Shown here in pieces: positions 25,401 through 43,400 of a DNA stretch of 64,000 nt. The translations under genes were made by a program, and so were the position numbers. The notes beneath the pieces were generated by a model, which was not told the DNA's origin, did not search any database, and saw only the letters and a program-made list of their open reading frames with translations. Position 1 is the first letter of the stretch, and each line of letters begins with the position of its first letter. The stretch spans positions 124,001 to 188,000 of the forward strand of contig JASTWF010000364.1 of NCBI GenBank assembly GCA_030390025.1, given 5' to 3'. This stretch comes from Squalus acanthias. Its lineage: Eukaryota.

Positions 25401-28400
25401 TCACCGTGCGTTACTGGGTATAACGCTCCTGTAAATATTATATAACACACCGTGCGTTACTGGGTATAACGCTCCTGTAAATATTATATAATACACCGTG
25501 CGTTACTGGGTATAACGCTCCTGTATATATTATATAATAACTCACCGTGCGTTACTGGGTATAACGCTCCTGCATATATTATATAATAACACACCGTGCG
25601 TTACTGGGTATAACGCTCCTGTATATATTATATAATAACACACCGTGCGTTACTGGGTATAACGCTCCTGTATATATTATATAAGAACACACCGTGCGTT
25701 ACTGGGTATAACGCTCCTGTATACATTACATAATAACACACCGTGTGTTACTGGGTATAACGCTCCTGTATATATTATATAATAACATACCGTGCGTTAC
25801 TGGGTATAACGCTCCTGTATATATTATATAATAACACACCGTGCATTACTGGGTATAACGCTCCTGTGTATATTATATAATAACACACCGTGATACTGGG
25901 TATAACGCTCCTGTATATATCATATACTAACACACCGTGCGTTACTGGGTGTAACGCTCCTGTATATATCATATACTAACACACCGTGCGTTACTGGGTG
26001 TATCGCTCCTGTATATATCATATACTAACACACCGTGCGTTACTGGGTGTAACGCTCCTGTATATATCATATACTAACACACCGTGCGTTACTGGGTGTA
26101 ACGCTCCTGTATATATCATATACTAACACACCGTGCGTTACTGGGTGTAACGCTCCTGTATATATCATATAATAACACTGCGTGCGTTACTGGGTGTAAC
26201 GCTCCTGTATATATCATATAATAACACTCCGTGCGTTACTGGGTGTAACGCCCCTGTATATAACATATAATAACACTCCGTGTGTTACTGGGTGTAACGC
26301 TCCTGTATATATCATATAATAACACACCGTGCGTTACTGGGTGTAACGCTCCTGTATATATCATATAATAACACACCGTGCGTTACTGGGTGTAACGCTC
26401 CTGCTTATATCATATAATAACACACCGTGCGTTACTGGGTATAATGCTCCTGTAAATATTATATAATAACACACACCGTGTTACTGGGTATAACGCTCCT
26501 GTATAAATATTATATAATAACACAGCGTGTGTTATTGGGTATAACGCTCCTGTATATATTATATAATAACACACCGTGTGTTACTGGGTATAACACTCCT
26601 GTATATATTATATAATAACACGCCGTGCGTTACTGGGTATAACGCTCCTGTATATATTATATAATAACACAGCGTGTGTTACTGGGTATAACGAAACTGT
26701 ATATATTATATAATAACACACCGTGCGTTACTGGGTATAACACTCCTGCATATATTATATAATAACACAGCGTGTGTTACTGGGTATAATGAAACTGTAT
26801 ATATTATATAATAACACACCGTGTGTTACTGGGTATAACACTCCTGTATATATTATATAATAACACACTGTGTGTTAACGGGTATAACGCTCCTGCATAT
26901 ATTATATAATAACACACTGTGTGTTACTGGGTGTAACGCTCCTGTATATATTATATAATAACACACCGTGCGTTACTGGGTGTAACGCTGCTGTCTATAT
27001 TATATAATAACACACCGTGTTACTGGGTATAACGCTCCTGTATATATTCTATAATAACACACCGTGTGTTACCGGGTATAACGCTCTTGTATATATTATA
27101 TAATAACACACCGTGTGTTACCGGGTGTAACGCTCCTGTATATATTATATAATAACACACCGTGCGTTACCGGGTGTAACGCTCCTGTATATATCATATA
27201 ATAACACACCGTGCGTTACCGGGTGTAACGCTCCTGTATATATCATATACTAACACACCGTGCGTTACCGGGTGTAACGCTCCTGTATATATCATATACT
27301 AACACACCGTGCGTTACCGGGTGTAACGCTCCTGTATATATCATATACTAACACACCGTGCGTTACCGGGTGTAACGCTCCTGTATATATCATATAATAA
27401 CACACCGTGCGTTACCGGGTGTAACGCTCCTGTATATATTATATAATAACTCACCGTGCGTTACTGGGTATAACGCTCCTGTATATATTATATAATAACT
27501 CACCGTGCGTTACTGGGTATAACGCTCCTGCATATATTATATAATAACACACCGTGCGTTACTGGGTATAACGCTCCTGTATATATTATATAATAACACA
27601 CCGTGCGTTACTGGGTATAACGCTCCTGTATATATTATATAAGAACACACCGTGCGTTACTGGGTATAACGCTCCTGTATACATTATATAATAACACACC
27701 GTGTGTTACTGGGTATAACGCTCCTGTATATATTATATAATAACATACCGTGCGTTACTGGGTATAACGCTCCTGTATATATTATATAATAACACACCGT
27801 GCTTTACTGGGTATAACGCTCCTGTGTATATTATATAATAACACACCGTGATACTGGGTATAACGCTCCTGTATATATCATATACTAACACACCGTGCGT
27901 TACTGGGTGTAACGCTCCTGTATATATCATATACTAACACACCGTGCGTTACTGGGTGTATCGCTCCTGTATATATCATATACTAACACACCGTGCGTTA
28001 CTGGGTGTAACGCTCCTGTATATATTATATAATAACACACCGTGCGTTACTGGGTATAACGCTCCTGTATATATTATATACTAACACACCGTGCGTTACT
28101 GGGTATAACGCTCCTGTATATATTATATAATAACACTGCGTGTGTTACTGGGTATAACGCTCCTGTATATATATATAATAACACACCGTGCGTTACTGGG
28201 TATAACGCTCCTGTATATATTATATAATAACACACCGTGTGTTACTGGGTATAACGCTCCTGTATATATTATATAATAACACACCGTGCGTTACTGGGTA
28301 TAACGCTCCTGTATATATTATATAATAACACACCGTGCGTTACTGGGTATAACGCTCCTGTTATATCATATAATAACACACCGTGCGTTACTGGGTATAA

Positions 28401-31400
28401 CGCTCCTGTATATATTATATAATAACACACCGTGTTACTGGGTATAACGCTCCTGTATAATATTATATAATAACACACCGTGTGTTACTGGGTATAACGC
28501 TCCTGTATATATTATATAATAACACACCGTGTGTTACTGGGTATAACACTCCTGTATATATTATATAATAACACGCCGTGCGTTACTGGGTATAACGCTC
28601 CTGTATATATTATATAATAACACAGCGTGTGTTACTGGGTATAACGAAACTGTATATATTATATAATAACACACCGTGCGTTACTGGGTATAACACTCCT
28701 GCATATATTATATAATAACACAGCGTGTGTTACTGGGTATAATGAAACTGTATATATTATATAATAACACACCGTGTGTTACTGGGTATAACACTCCTGT
28801 ATATATTATATAATAACACACTGTGTGTTAACGGGTATAACGCTCCTGCATATATTATATAATAACACACTGTGTGTTACTGGGTGTAACGCTCCTGTAT
28901 ATATTATATAATAACACACCGTGCGTTACTGGGTGTAACGCTGCTGTCTATATTATATAATAACACACCGTGTTACTGGGTATAACGCTCCTGTATATAT
29001 TCTATAATAACACACCGTGTGTTACCGGGTATAACGCTCTTGTATATATTATATAATAACACACCGTGTGTTACCGGGTGTAACGCTCCTGTATATATTA
29101 TATAATAACACACCGTGCGTTACCGGGTGTAACGCTCCTGTATATATCATATAATAACACACCGTGCGTTACCGGGTGTAACGCTCCTGTATATATCATA
29201 TACTAACACACCGTGCGTTACCGGGTGTAACGCTCCTGTATATATCATATACTAACACACCGTGCGTTACCGGGTGTAACGCTCCTGTATATATCATATA
29301 CTAACACACCGTGCGTTACCGGGTGTAACGCTCCTGTATATATCATATAATAACACACCGTGCGTTACCGGGTGTAACGCTCCTGTATATATCATATACT
29401 AACACACCGTGCGTTACTGGGTGTAACGCTCCTGTATATATCATATAATAACACTGCGTGCGTTACTGGGTGTAACGCTCCTGTATATATCATATAATAA
29501 CACACCGTGCGTTACTGGGTATAACGCTCCTGTATATATTATATAATAACACACCGTGCGTTACTGGGTATAACGCTCCTGTATATATTATATAATAACA
29601 CACCGTGTGTTACTGGGTATAACACTCCTGTATATATTATATAATAACACACCGTGTGTTACTGGGTATAACGCTCCTGTATATATTATATAATAACACA
29701 CCGTGCGTTACTGGGTATAACGCTCCTGTATATATTATATAATAACACACCGTGTGTTACTGGGTATAACGCTCCTGTATATATTATATAATAACACACC
29801 GTGTGTTACTGGGTATAACGCTCCTGTATATATTATATAATAACACACCGTGTGTTACTGGGTATAACACTCCTGTATATATTATATAATAACACACCGT
29901 GTGTTACTGGGTATAACGCTCCTGTATATATTATATAATAACACACCGTGTGTTACTGGGTATAACGCTCCTGTATATATTATATAATAACACACCGTGC
30001 GTTACTGGGTGTAACGCTCCTGTATATATCATATAATAACACACCGTGCTTTACTGGGTATAACGCTCCTGTATATATTATATAATAACACACCGTGCGT
30101 TACTGGGTATAACGCTCCTGTATATATTATATAATAACACACCGTGCGTTACTGGGTATAACGCTCCTGTATATATTATATAATAACTCACCGTGCGTTA
30201 CTGGGTATAACGCTCCTGTAAATATTATATAACACACCGTGCGTTACTGGGTATAACGCTCCTGTAAATATTATATAATACACCGTGCGTTACTGGGTAT
30301 AATGCTCCTGTAAATATTATACAATAACACACACCGTGTTACTGGGTATAACGCTCCTGTATAAATATTATATAATAACACAGCGTGTGTTATTGGGTAT
30401 AACGCTCCTGTATATATTATATAATAACACACCGTGTGTTACTGGGTATAACACTCCTGTATATATTATATAATAACACGCCGTGCGTTACTGGGTATAA
30501 CGCTCCTGTATATATTATATAATAACACAGCGTGTGTTACTGGGTATAACGAAACTGTATATATTATATAATAACACACCGTGCGTTACTGGGTATAACA
30601 CTCCTGCATATATTATATAATAACACAGCGTGTGTTACTGGGTATAATGAAACTGTATATATTATATAATAACACACCGTGTGTTACTGGGTATAACACT
30701 CCTGTATATATTATATAATAACACACTGTGTGTTAACGGGTATAACGCTCCTGCATATATTATATAATAACACACTGTGTGTTACTGGGTGTAACGCTCC
30801 TGTATATATTATATAATAACACACCGTGCGTTACTGGGTGTAACGCTGCTGTCTATATTATATAATAACACACCGTGTTACTGGGTATAACGCTCCTGTA
30901 TATATTCTATAATAACACACCGTGTGTTACCGGGTATAACGCTCTTGTATATATTATATAATAACACACCGTGTGTTACGGGTGTAACGCTCCTGTATAT
31001 ATTATATAATAACACACCGTCGTTACGGGTGTAACGCTCCTGTATATATCTATAATAACACACCGTGCGTTACTGGGTGTAACGCTCCTGTATATATCAT
31101 ATACTAACACACCGTGCGTTACAGGGTGTAACGCTCCTGTATATATCATATACTAACACACCGTGCGTTACCGGGTGTAACGCTCCTGTATATATCATAT
31201 ACTAACACACCGTGCGTTACCGGGTGTAACGCTCCTGTATATATCATATAATAACACACCGCGCGTTACTGGGTGTAACGCTCCTGTATATATCATATAC
31301 TAACACACCGTGCGTTACTGGGTGTAACGCTCCTGTATATATCATATAATAAACACTGCGTGCGTTACTGGGTGTAACGCTCCTGTATATATCATATAAT

Positions 31401-34400
31401 AACACACCGTGCGTTACTGGGTGTAACGCTCCTGTATATATCATATAATAACACACCGTGCGTTACTCGGTGTAACGCTCCTGTATATATCATATAATAA
31501 CACACCGTGCGTTACTGGGTGTAACGCTCCTGCATATATCATATAATAACACACCGTGCGTTACTGGGTGTAACGCTCCTGCATATATCATATAATAACA
31601 CACCGTGCGTTACTGGGTGTAACGCTCCTGCATATATCATATAATAACACACCGTGCGTTACTGGGTGTAACGCTCCTGCATATATCATATAATAACACA
31701 CCGTGCGTTACTGGGTGTAACGCTCCTGCATATATCATATAATAATACACCGTGCGTTACTGGGTGTAACGCTCCTGTAAATATTATATAACACACCGTG
31801 CGTTACTGGGTGTAACGCTCCTGTATATATCATATACTAACACACCGTGCGTTACTGGGTGTAACGCTCCTGTATATATCATATAATAACACACCGTGCG
31901 TTACTGGGTATAACGCTCCTGTATATATTATATAATAACTCACCGTGCGTTACTGGGTATAACGCTCCTGTAAATATTATATAACACACCGTGCGTTACT
32001 GGGTATAACGCTCCTGTAAATATTATATAATACACCGTGCGTTACTGGGTATAAAGCTCCTGTATATATTATATAATAACTCACCGTGCGTTACTGGGTA
32101 TAACGCTCCTGTATATATTATATAATAACACACCGTGCGTTACTGGGTATAACGCTCCTGTATATATTATATAATAACACACCGTGCGTTACTGGGTATA
32201 ACGCTCCTGTATATATTATATAATAACACACCGTGCGTTACTGGGTATAACGCTCCTGTAAATATTATATAATAACACACCGTGCGTTACTGGGTATAAC
32301 ACTCCTGTAAATATTATATAATAACACACCGTGCGTTACTGGGTATAACACTCCTGTATACATTATATAATAACACACTGTGTGTTACTGGGTATAACAC
32401 TCCGTTATATATTATATAATAACACACTGTGTGTTACTGGGTATAACACTCCTGTATATATTATATAATAACACACCGTGTGTTACTGGGTATAACACTC
32501 CAGTATATATATTATATAATAACACCCCGTGAGTTACCGGGTATAACGCTCCTGTATATATTATATAATAACACACCGTGTGTTACCGGGTATAACGCTC
32601 CTGTATATATTATATAATAACACACCGTGCGTTACTGGGTATAACGCTCCTGTATATATTATATAATAACACACCGTGCGTTACTGGGTATAACGCTCCT
32701 GTATATATTATATAATAACACACCGTGCGTTACTGGGTATAACGCTCCTGTATATATTATATAATAACACACCGTGCGTTACCGGGTATAACGCTCCTGT
32801 ATATATTATATAATAACACACCGTGCGTTACTGGGTATAACGCTCCTGTATATATATATAATAACACACCGTGCGTTACTGGGTATAACGCTCCTGTATA
32901 TATTATATAATAACACACCGTGCGTTACTGGGTATAACGCTCCTGTATATATTATATAATAACACACCGTGCGTTACTGGGTATAACGCTCCTGTATATA
33001 TTATATAATAACACACCGTGCGTTACTGGGTGTAACGCTCCTGCATATATCATATAATAACACACCGTGCGTTACTGGGTGTAACGCTCCTGCATATATC
33101 ATATAATAACACACCGTGCGTTACTGGGTGTAACGCTCCTGCATATATCATATAATAACACACCGTGCGTTACTGGGTGTAACGCTCCTGCATATATCAT
33201 ATAATAACACACCGTGCGTTACTGGGTGTAACGCTCCTGCATATATCATATAATAATACACCGTGCGTTACTGGGTGTAACGCTCCTGTAAATATTATAT
33301 AACACACCGTGCGTTACTGGGTGTAACGCTCCTGTATATATCATATACTAACACACCGTGCGTTACTGGGTGTAACGCTCCTGTATATATCATATAATAA
33401 CACTCCGTGCGTTACTGGGTGTAACGCTCCTGTATATATCATATAATAACACACCGTGCGTTACTGGGTGTAACGCTCCTGTATATATCATATAATAACA
33501 CACCGTGCTTTACTGGGTATAACGCTCCTGTATATATTATATAATAACACACCGTGCGTTACTGGGTATAACGCTCCTGTATATATTATATAATAACACA
33601 CCGTGCGTTACTGGGTATAACGCTCCTGTATATATTATATAATAACTCACCGTGCGTTACTGGGTATAACGCTCCTGTAAATATTATATAACACACCGTG
33701 CGTTACTGGGTATAACGCTCCTGTAAATATTATATAATACACCGTGCGTTACTGGGTATAAAGCTCCTGTATATATTATATAATAACTCACCGTGCGTTA
33801 CTGGGTATAACGCTCCTGTATATATTATATAATAACACACCGTGCGTTACTGGGTATAACGCTCCTGTATATATTATATAATAACACACCGTGCGTTACT
33901 GGGTATAACGCTCCTGTATATATTATATAATAACACACCGTGCGTTACTGGGTATAACGCTCCTGTAAATATTATATAATAACACACCGTGCGTTACTGG
34001 GTATAACACTCCTGTATATATTATATAATAACACACCGTGCGTTACTGGGTATAACACTCCTGTATACATTATATAATAACACACTGTGTGTTACTGGGT
34101 ATAACACTCCGTTATATATTATATAATAACACACTGTGTGTTACTGGGTATAACACTCCTGTATATATTATATAATAACACACCGTGTGTTACTGGGTAT
34201 AACACTCCAGTATATATATTATATAATAACACCCCGTGCGTTACCGGGTATAACGCTCCTGTATATATATTATATAATAACACACCGTGCGTTACTGGGT
34301 ATAACACTCCTGTATATATTATATAATAACACACTGTGTGTTACTGGGTATAACACTCCTGTATATATTATATAATAACACACCGTGTGTTACTGGGTAT

Positions 34401-37400
34401 AACACACCTGTATATATATTATATAATAACACAACGTGTGTTACTGGGTATAACACTCCTGTATATATTATATAATAACACACCGTGTGTTACTGGGTAT
34501 AACACTCCTGTATATATTGTATAATAACACACCGTGCGTTACTGGGTATAACACTCCTGTATATATTATAATAACACACCGTGCGTTACTGGGTATAACG
34601 CTCCTGTATATATTATATAATAACACACCGTGCGTTACTGGGTATAACGCTCCTGTATATATTATATAATAACACACCGTGCGTTACTGGGTATAACGCT
34701 CCTGTATATATTATAATAACACACCGTGCGTTACTGGGTATAACGCTCCTGTATATATTATATAATAACACACCGTGCGTTACTGGGTATAACGCTCCTG
34801 TATATATTATATAATAACACACCGTGCGTTACTGGGTATAACACTCCTGTATATATTATATAATAACACACCGTGTGTTACTGGGTATAACACTCCTGTA
34901 TATATTATATAATAACACACCGTGTGTTACTGGGTATAACACTCCTGTATATATTATATAATAACACGCCGTGCGTTACTGGTATAACACTCCTGTATAT
35001 ATTATATATAACACACCGTGCGTTACTGGGTATAACGCTCCTGTATATATTATATAATAACACACCGTGCGTTACTGGGTATAACGCTCCTGTATATATT
35101 ATATAATAACACACCGTGCGTTACTGGGTATAACGCTCCTGTATATATTATATAATAACTCACCGAGCGTTACTGGGTATAACGCTCCTGTATATATTAT
35201 ATAATAACACACCGTGCGTTACTGGGTATAACGCTCCTGTATATATTATATAATAACACACCGTGCGTTACTGGGTATAACGCTCCTGTATATATTATAT
35301 AATAACACACCGTGCGTTACTGGGTATAACGCTCCTGTATATATTATATAATAACACACCGTGCGTTACTGGGTATAACGCTCCTGTATATATTATATAA
35401 TAACACACCGTGCGTTACTGGGTATAACGCTCCTGTATATATTATATAATAACACACCGTGCGTTACTGGGTATAACGCTCCTGTATATATTATATAATA
35501 ACACACCGTGCGTTACTGGGTATAACGCTCCTGTATATATTATATAATAACACACCGTGCGTTACTGGGTATAACGCTCCTGTATATATTATATAATAAC
35601 ACACCGTGCGTTACTGGGTATAACGCTCCTGTATATATTATATAATAACACACCGTGTGTTACTGGGTATAACGCTCCTGTATATATTATATAATAACAC
35701 ACCGTGTGTTACTGGGTATAACGCTCCTGTATATATTATATAATAACACACCGTGCGTTACTGGGTATAACGCTCCTGTATATATTATATAATAACACAC
35801 CGTGCGTTACTGGGTATAACGCTCCTGTATATATTATATAATAACACACCGTGTGTTACTGGGTATAACGCTCCTGTATATATTATATAATAACACACCG
35901 TGCGTTACTGGGTATAACGCTCCTGTATATATTATATAATAACACACCGTGCGTTACTGGGTATAACACTCCTGTATATATTATATAATAACACACCGTG
36001 TTACTGGGTATAACGCTCCTGTATATATTATATAATAACACACCGTGTGTTACTGGGTATAACGCTCCTGTATATATTATATAATAACACACCGTGTGTT
36101 ACTGGGTATAACGCTCCTGTATATATTATATAATAACACACCGTGTGTTACTGGGTATAACACTCCTGTATATATTATATAATAACACACCGTGTGTTAC
36201 TGGGTATAACGCTCCTGTATATATTATATAATAACACACCGTGTGTTACTGGGTATAACGCTCCTGTATATATTATATAATAACACACCGTGTGTTACTG
36301 GGTATAACACTCCTGTATATATTATATAATAACACACCGTGCGTTACTGGGTATAACGCTCCTGTATATATTATATAATAACACACCGTGTGTTACTGGG
36401 TATAACGCTCCTGTATATATTATATAATAACACACCGTGTGTTACTGGGTATAACGCTCCTGTATATATTATATAATAACACACCGTGTTACTGGGTATA
36501 ACGCTCCTGTATATATTATATAATAACACACCGTGTGTTACTGGGTATAACGCTCCTGTATATATTATATAATAACACACCGTGTGTTACTGGGTATAAC
36601 GCTCCTGTATATATTATATAATAACACACCGTGTGTTACTGGGTATAACGCTCCTGTATATATTATATAATAACACACCGTGTGTTACTGGGTATAACAC
36701 TCCTGTATATATTATATAATAACACACCGTGTGTTACTGGGTATAACGCTCCTGTATATATTATATAATAACACACCGTGTGTTACTGGGTATAACACTC
36801 CTGTATATATTATATAATAACACACCGTGCGTTACTGGGTATAACACTCCTGTATATATTATATAATAACACACCGTGTGTTACTGGGTATAACACTCCT
36901 GTATATATTATATAATAACACACCGTGTGTTACTGGGTATAACACTCCTGTATATATTATATAATAACACACCGTGTGTTACTGGGTATAACACTCCTGT
37001 ATATATTATATAATAACACACCGTGTGTTACTGGGTATAACACTCCTGTATATATTATATAATAACACACCGTGTGTTACTGGGTATAACACTCTGTATA
37101 TATTATATAATAACACACCGTGTGTTACTGGGTATAACACTCCTGTATATATTATATAATAACACACCGTGTGTTACTGGGTATAACACTCCTGTATATA
37201 TTATAATAACACACCGTGTGTTACTGGGTATAACGCTCCTGTATATATTATATAATAACACACCGTGGTTACTGGGTATAACACTCCTGTATATATTATA
37301 TAATAACACACCGTGTGTTACTGGGTATAACGCTCCTGTATATATTATATAATAACACACCGTGTGTTACTGGGTATAACGCTCCTGTATATATTATATA

Positions 37401-40400
37401 ATAACACACCGTGTGTTACTGGGTATAACACTCCTGTATATATTATATAATAACACACCGTGTGTTACTGGGTATAACACTCCTGTATATATTATATAAT
37501 AACACACCGTGGTTACTGGGTATAACACTCCTGTATATATTATATAATAACACACCGTGCGTTACTGGGTATAACGCTCCTGTATATATTATATAATAAC
37601 ACACCGTGTGTTACTGGGTATAACACTCCTGTATATATTATATAATAACACACCGTGTGTTACTGGGTATAACGCTCCTGTATATATTATATAATAACAC
37701 ACCGTGTGTTACTGGGTATAACGCTCCTGTATATATTATATAATAACACACCGTGTGTTACTGGGTATAACGCTCCTGTATATATTATATAATAACACAC
37801 CGTGTGTTACTGGGTATAACGCTCCTGTATATATTATATAATAACACACCGTGTGTTACTGGGTATAACGCTCCTGTATATATTATATAATAACACACCG
37901 TGCGTTACTGGGTATAACGCTCCTGTATATATTATATAATAACACACCGTGCGTTACTGGGTATAACGCTCCTGTATATATTATATAATAACACACCGTG
38001 TGTTACTGGGTATAACGCTCCTGTATATATTATATAATAACACACCGTGTGTTACTGGGTATAACACTCCTGTATATATTATATAATAACACACCGTGGT
38101 TACTGGGTATAACGCTCCTGTATATATTATATAATAACACACCGTGTGTTACTGGGTATAACGCTCCTGTATATATTATATAATAACACACGTGTGTTAC
38201 TGGGTATAACACTCCTGTATATATTATATAATAACACACCGTGCGTTACTGGGTATAACACTCCTGTATATATTATATAATAACACACCGTGTGTTACTG
38301 GGTATAACACTCCTGTATATATTATATAATAACACACCGTGCGTTACTGGGTATAACGCTCCTGTATATATTATATAATAACACACGTGTGTTACTGGGT
38401 ATAACGCTCCTGTATATATTATATAATAACACACCGTGCGTTACTGGGTATAACGCTCCTGTATATATTATATAATAACACACCGTGTGTTACTGGGTAT
38501 AACACTCCTGTATATATTATATAATAACACACCGTGTGTTACTGGGTATAACACTCCTGTATATATTATATAATAACACACCGTGGTTACTGGGTATAAC
38601 ACTCCTGTATATATTATATAATAACACACCGTGTGTTACTGGGTATAACACTCCTGTATATATTATATAATAACACACCGTGTGTTACTGGGTATAACAC
38701 TCCTGTATATATTATATAATAACACACCGTGTGTTACTGGGTATAACACTCCTGTATATATTATATAATAACACACCGTGTGTTACTGGGTATAACGCTC
38801 CTGTATATATTATATAATAACACACCGTGTGTTACTGGGTATAACACTCCTGTATATATTATATAATAACACACCGTGTGTTACTGGGTATAACGCTCCT
38901 GTATATATTATATAATAACACACCGTGTGTTACTGGGTATAACACTCCTGTATATATTATATAATAACACACCGTGTGTTACTGGGTATAACGCTCCTGT
39001 ATATATTATATAATAACACACCGTGTGTTACTGGGTATAACACTCCTGTATATATTATATAATAACACACCGTGTGTTACTGGGTATAACGCTCCTGTAT
39101 ATATTATATAATAACACACCGTGTGTTACTGGGTATAACGCTCCTGTATATATTATATAATAACACACCGTGTGTTACTGGGTATAACGCTCCTGTATAT
39201 ATTATATAATAACACACCGTGTGTTACTGGGTATAACGCTCCTGTATATATTATATAATAACACACCGTGCGTTACTGGGTATAACGCTCCTGTATATAT
39301 TATATAATAACACACCGTGTGTTACTGGGTATAACGCTCCTGTATATATTATATAATAACACACCGTGCGTTACTGGGTATAACGCTCCTGTATATATTA
39401 TATAATAACACACCGTGTGTTACTGGGTATAACGCTCCTGTATATATATATATAACACACCGTGCGTTACTGGGTATAACGCTCCTGTATATATTATATA
39501 ATAACACACCGTGCTGTTACTGGGTATAACGCTCCTGTATATATTATATAATAACACACCGTGTGTTACTGGGTATAACGCTCCTGTATATATTATATAA
39601 TAACACACCGTGTGTTACTGGGTATAACGCTCCTGTATATATTATATAATAACACACCGTGCGTTACTGGGTATAACGCTCCTGTATATATTATATAATA
39701 ACACACCGTGTGTTACTGGGTATAACGCTCCTGTATATATTATATAATAACACACCGTGTGTTACTGGGTATAACGCTCCTGTATATATTATATAATAAC
39801 ACACCGTGTGTTACTGGGTATAACGCTCCTGTATATATTATATAATAACACACCGTGTGTTACTGGGTATAACGCTCCTGTATATATTATATAATAACAC
39901 ACCGTGCGTTACTGGGTATAACGCTCCTGTATATATATATAATAACACACCGTGCGTTACTGGGTATAACGCTCCTGTATATATTATATAATAACACACC
40001 GTGCGTTACTGGGTATAACGCTCCTGTATATATTATATAATAACACACCGTGCGTTACTGGGTATAACGCTCCTGTATATATCATATACTAACACACCGT
40101 GCGTTACTGGGTATAACGCTCCTGTATATATATATAATAACACACGTGCGTTACTGGTGTAACGCTCCTGTATATATCATATAATAACACTCCGTGCGTT
40201 ACTGGGTATAACGCTCCTGTATATATCATATAATAACACTCCGTGTGTTACTGGGTATAACGCTCCTGTATATATCATATAATAACACACCGTGCGTTAC
40301 TGGGTATAACGCTCCTGTATATATCATATAATAACACACCGTGCGTTACTGGGTGTAACGCTCCTGCTTATATCATATAATAACACACCGTGCGTTACTG

Positions 40401-43400
40401 GGTATAACGCTCCTGTATATATTATATAATAACACACACCGTGGTTACTGGGTATAACGCTCCTGTATAATATTATATAATAACACACGTGTGTTATTGG
40501 GTATAACGCTCCTGTATATATTATATAATAACACACCGTGTGTTACTGGGTATAACACTCCTGTATATATTATATAATAACACACCGTGTGTTACTGGGT
40601 ATAACGCTCCTGTATATATTATATAATAACACACCGTGTGTTACTGGGTATAACACTCCTGTATATATTATATAATAACACACCGTGCGTTACTGGGTAT
40701 AACACTCCTGTATATATTATATAATAACACACCGTGTGTTACTGGGTATAACGACTCTGTATATATTATATAATAACACACCGTGTGTTACTGGGTATAA
40801 CACTCCTGTATATATTATATAATAACACACTGTGTGTTACTGGGTATAACACTCCTGTATATATTATATAATAACACACGTGTGTTACTGGGTATAACAC
40901 TCCTGTATATATTATATAATAACACACCGTGCGTTACTGGGTATAACGCTCCTGTATATATTATATAATAACACACCGTGGTTACTGGGTATAACGCTCC
41001 TGTATATATTATATAATAACACACCGTGTGTTACTGGGTATAACGCTCCTGTATATATTATATAATAACACACCGTGTGTTACTGGGTATAACGCTCCTG
41101 TATATATTATATAATAACACACCGTGTGTTACTGGGTATAACACTCCTGTATATATTATATAATAACACACCGTGTGTTACTGGGTATAACACTCCTGTA
41201 TATATTATATAATAACACACCGTGTGTTACTGGGTATAACACTCCTGTATATATTATATAATAACACACCGTGTGTTACTGGGTATAACGCTCCTGTATA
41301 TATTATATAATAACACACCGTGTGTTACTGGGTATAACGCTCCTGTATATATTATATAATAACACACCGTGTGTTACTGGGTATAACACTCCTGTATATA
41401 TTATATAATAACACACCGTGTGTTACTGGGTATAACCCTCCTGTATATATTATATAATAACACACCGTGTGTTACTGGGTATAACGCTCCTGTATATATT
41501 ATATAATAACACACCGTGCGTTACTGGGTATAACGCTCCTGTATATATCATATAATAACACACCGTGCGTTACTGGGTATAACGCTCCTGCATATATCAT
41601 ATAATAACACACCGTGCGTTACTGGGTGTAACGCTCCTGCATATATTATATAATAACACACCGTGCGTTACTGGGTATAACGCTCCTGCATATATCATAT
41701 AATAACACACCGTGCGTTACTGGGTGTAACGCTCCTGTATATATATATAATAACACACCGTGCGTTACTGGGTATAACGCTCCTGCATATATCATATAAT
41801 AATACACCGTGCGTTACTGGGTGTAACGCTCCTGTAAACATTATATAACACACCGTGCGTTACTGGGTGTAACGCTCCTGTATATATTATATACTAACAC
41901 ACCGTGCGTTACTGGGTGTAACGCTCCTGTATATATTATATAATAACACTCCGTGCGTTACTGGGTATAACGCTCCTGTATATATCATATAATAACACAC
42001 CGTGCGTTACTGGGTGTAACGCTCCTGTATATATTATATAATAACACACCGTGTGTTACTGGGTATAACGCTCCTGTATATATTATATAATAACACACCG
42101 TGCGTTACTGGGTATAACACTCCTGTATATATTATATAATAACACACCGTGCGTTACTGGGTATAACGCTCCTGTATATATTATATAATAACACACCGTG
42201 TGTTACTGGGTATAACACTCCTGTATATATTATATAATAACACACCGTGTTACTGGGTATAACGCTCCTGTATATATTATATAATAACACACCGTGCGTT
42301 ACTGGGTATAACGCTCCTGTATATATTATATAATAACACACCGTGTGTTACTGGGTATAACGCTCCTGTATATATTATATAATAACACACCGTGTGTTAC
42401 TGGGTATAACGCTCCTGTATATATTATATAATAACACACCGTGTGTTACTGGGTATAACACTCCTGTATATATATTATATAATAACACACCGTGTGTTAC
42501 TGGGTATAACGCTCCTGTATATATTATATAATAACACAGCCGTGAGTTACTGGGTATAACACACCTGTATATATTATATAATAACACACCGTGGTTACTG
42601 GGTATAACACTCCTGTATATTTTATAAAACACAGCCGTGTGTTACTGGGTATAACGAAACCTGTATATTATTATAAATAACACACGTGTGTTACTGGGTA
42701 TAACACTCCTGTATATATTATATTATAACACACTGTGTGTTAACGGGTTATAACGTCTGCATTATATATATATAATAACACACTGTGTGTTACTGGGTGA
42801 TAACGCTCCTGTATATATTATATAATAACACACCGTGCGTTACTGGGTGTAACGCTGCTGTCTATATTATATAATAACACACCGTGTTACTGGGTATAAC
42901 GCTCCTGTATATATTCTATAATACACACCGTGGTGTTACCGGGTATAACGCTCCTGTATTATATTATATAATAACACACCGTGTGTTACGGGTGTAACGC
43001 TCCTGTATATATTATATAATAACACACCGTGCGTTACCGGGTATAACGCTCCTGTATATTATATAATAACACACCGTGCGTTACTGGGTATAACGCTCCT
43101 GTATATATTATATAATAACACACCGTGTGTTACTGGGTATAACGCTCCTGTATATATTATAATAACACACCGTGCGTTACTGGGTATAACGCTCCTGTAT
43201 ATATTATATAATAACACAACCGTGCGTTACTGGGTATAACGCTCCTGTATATATTATATAATAACACACGTGTGTTACTGGGTATAACGCTCCTGTATAT
43301 ATTATATAATAACACACCGTGTGTTACTGGGTATAACGCTCCTGTATATATTAATATAACACACGCGTGCGTTACTGGGTATAACGCTCCTGTATATATA

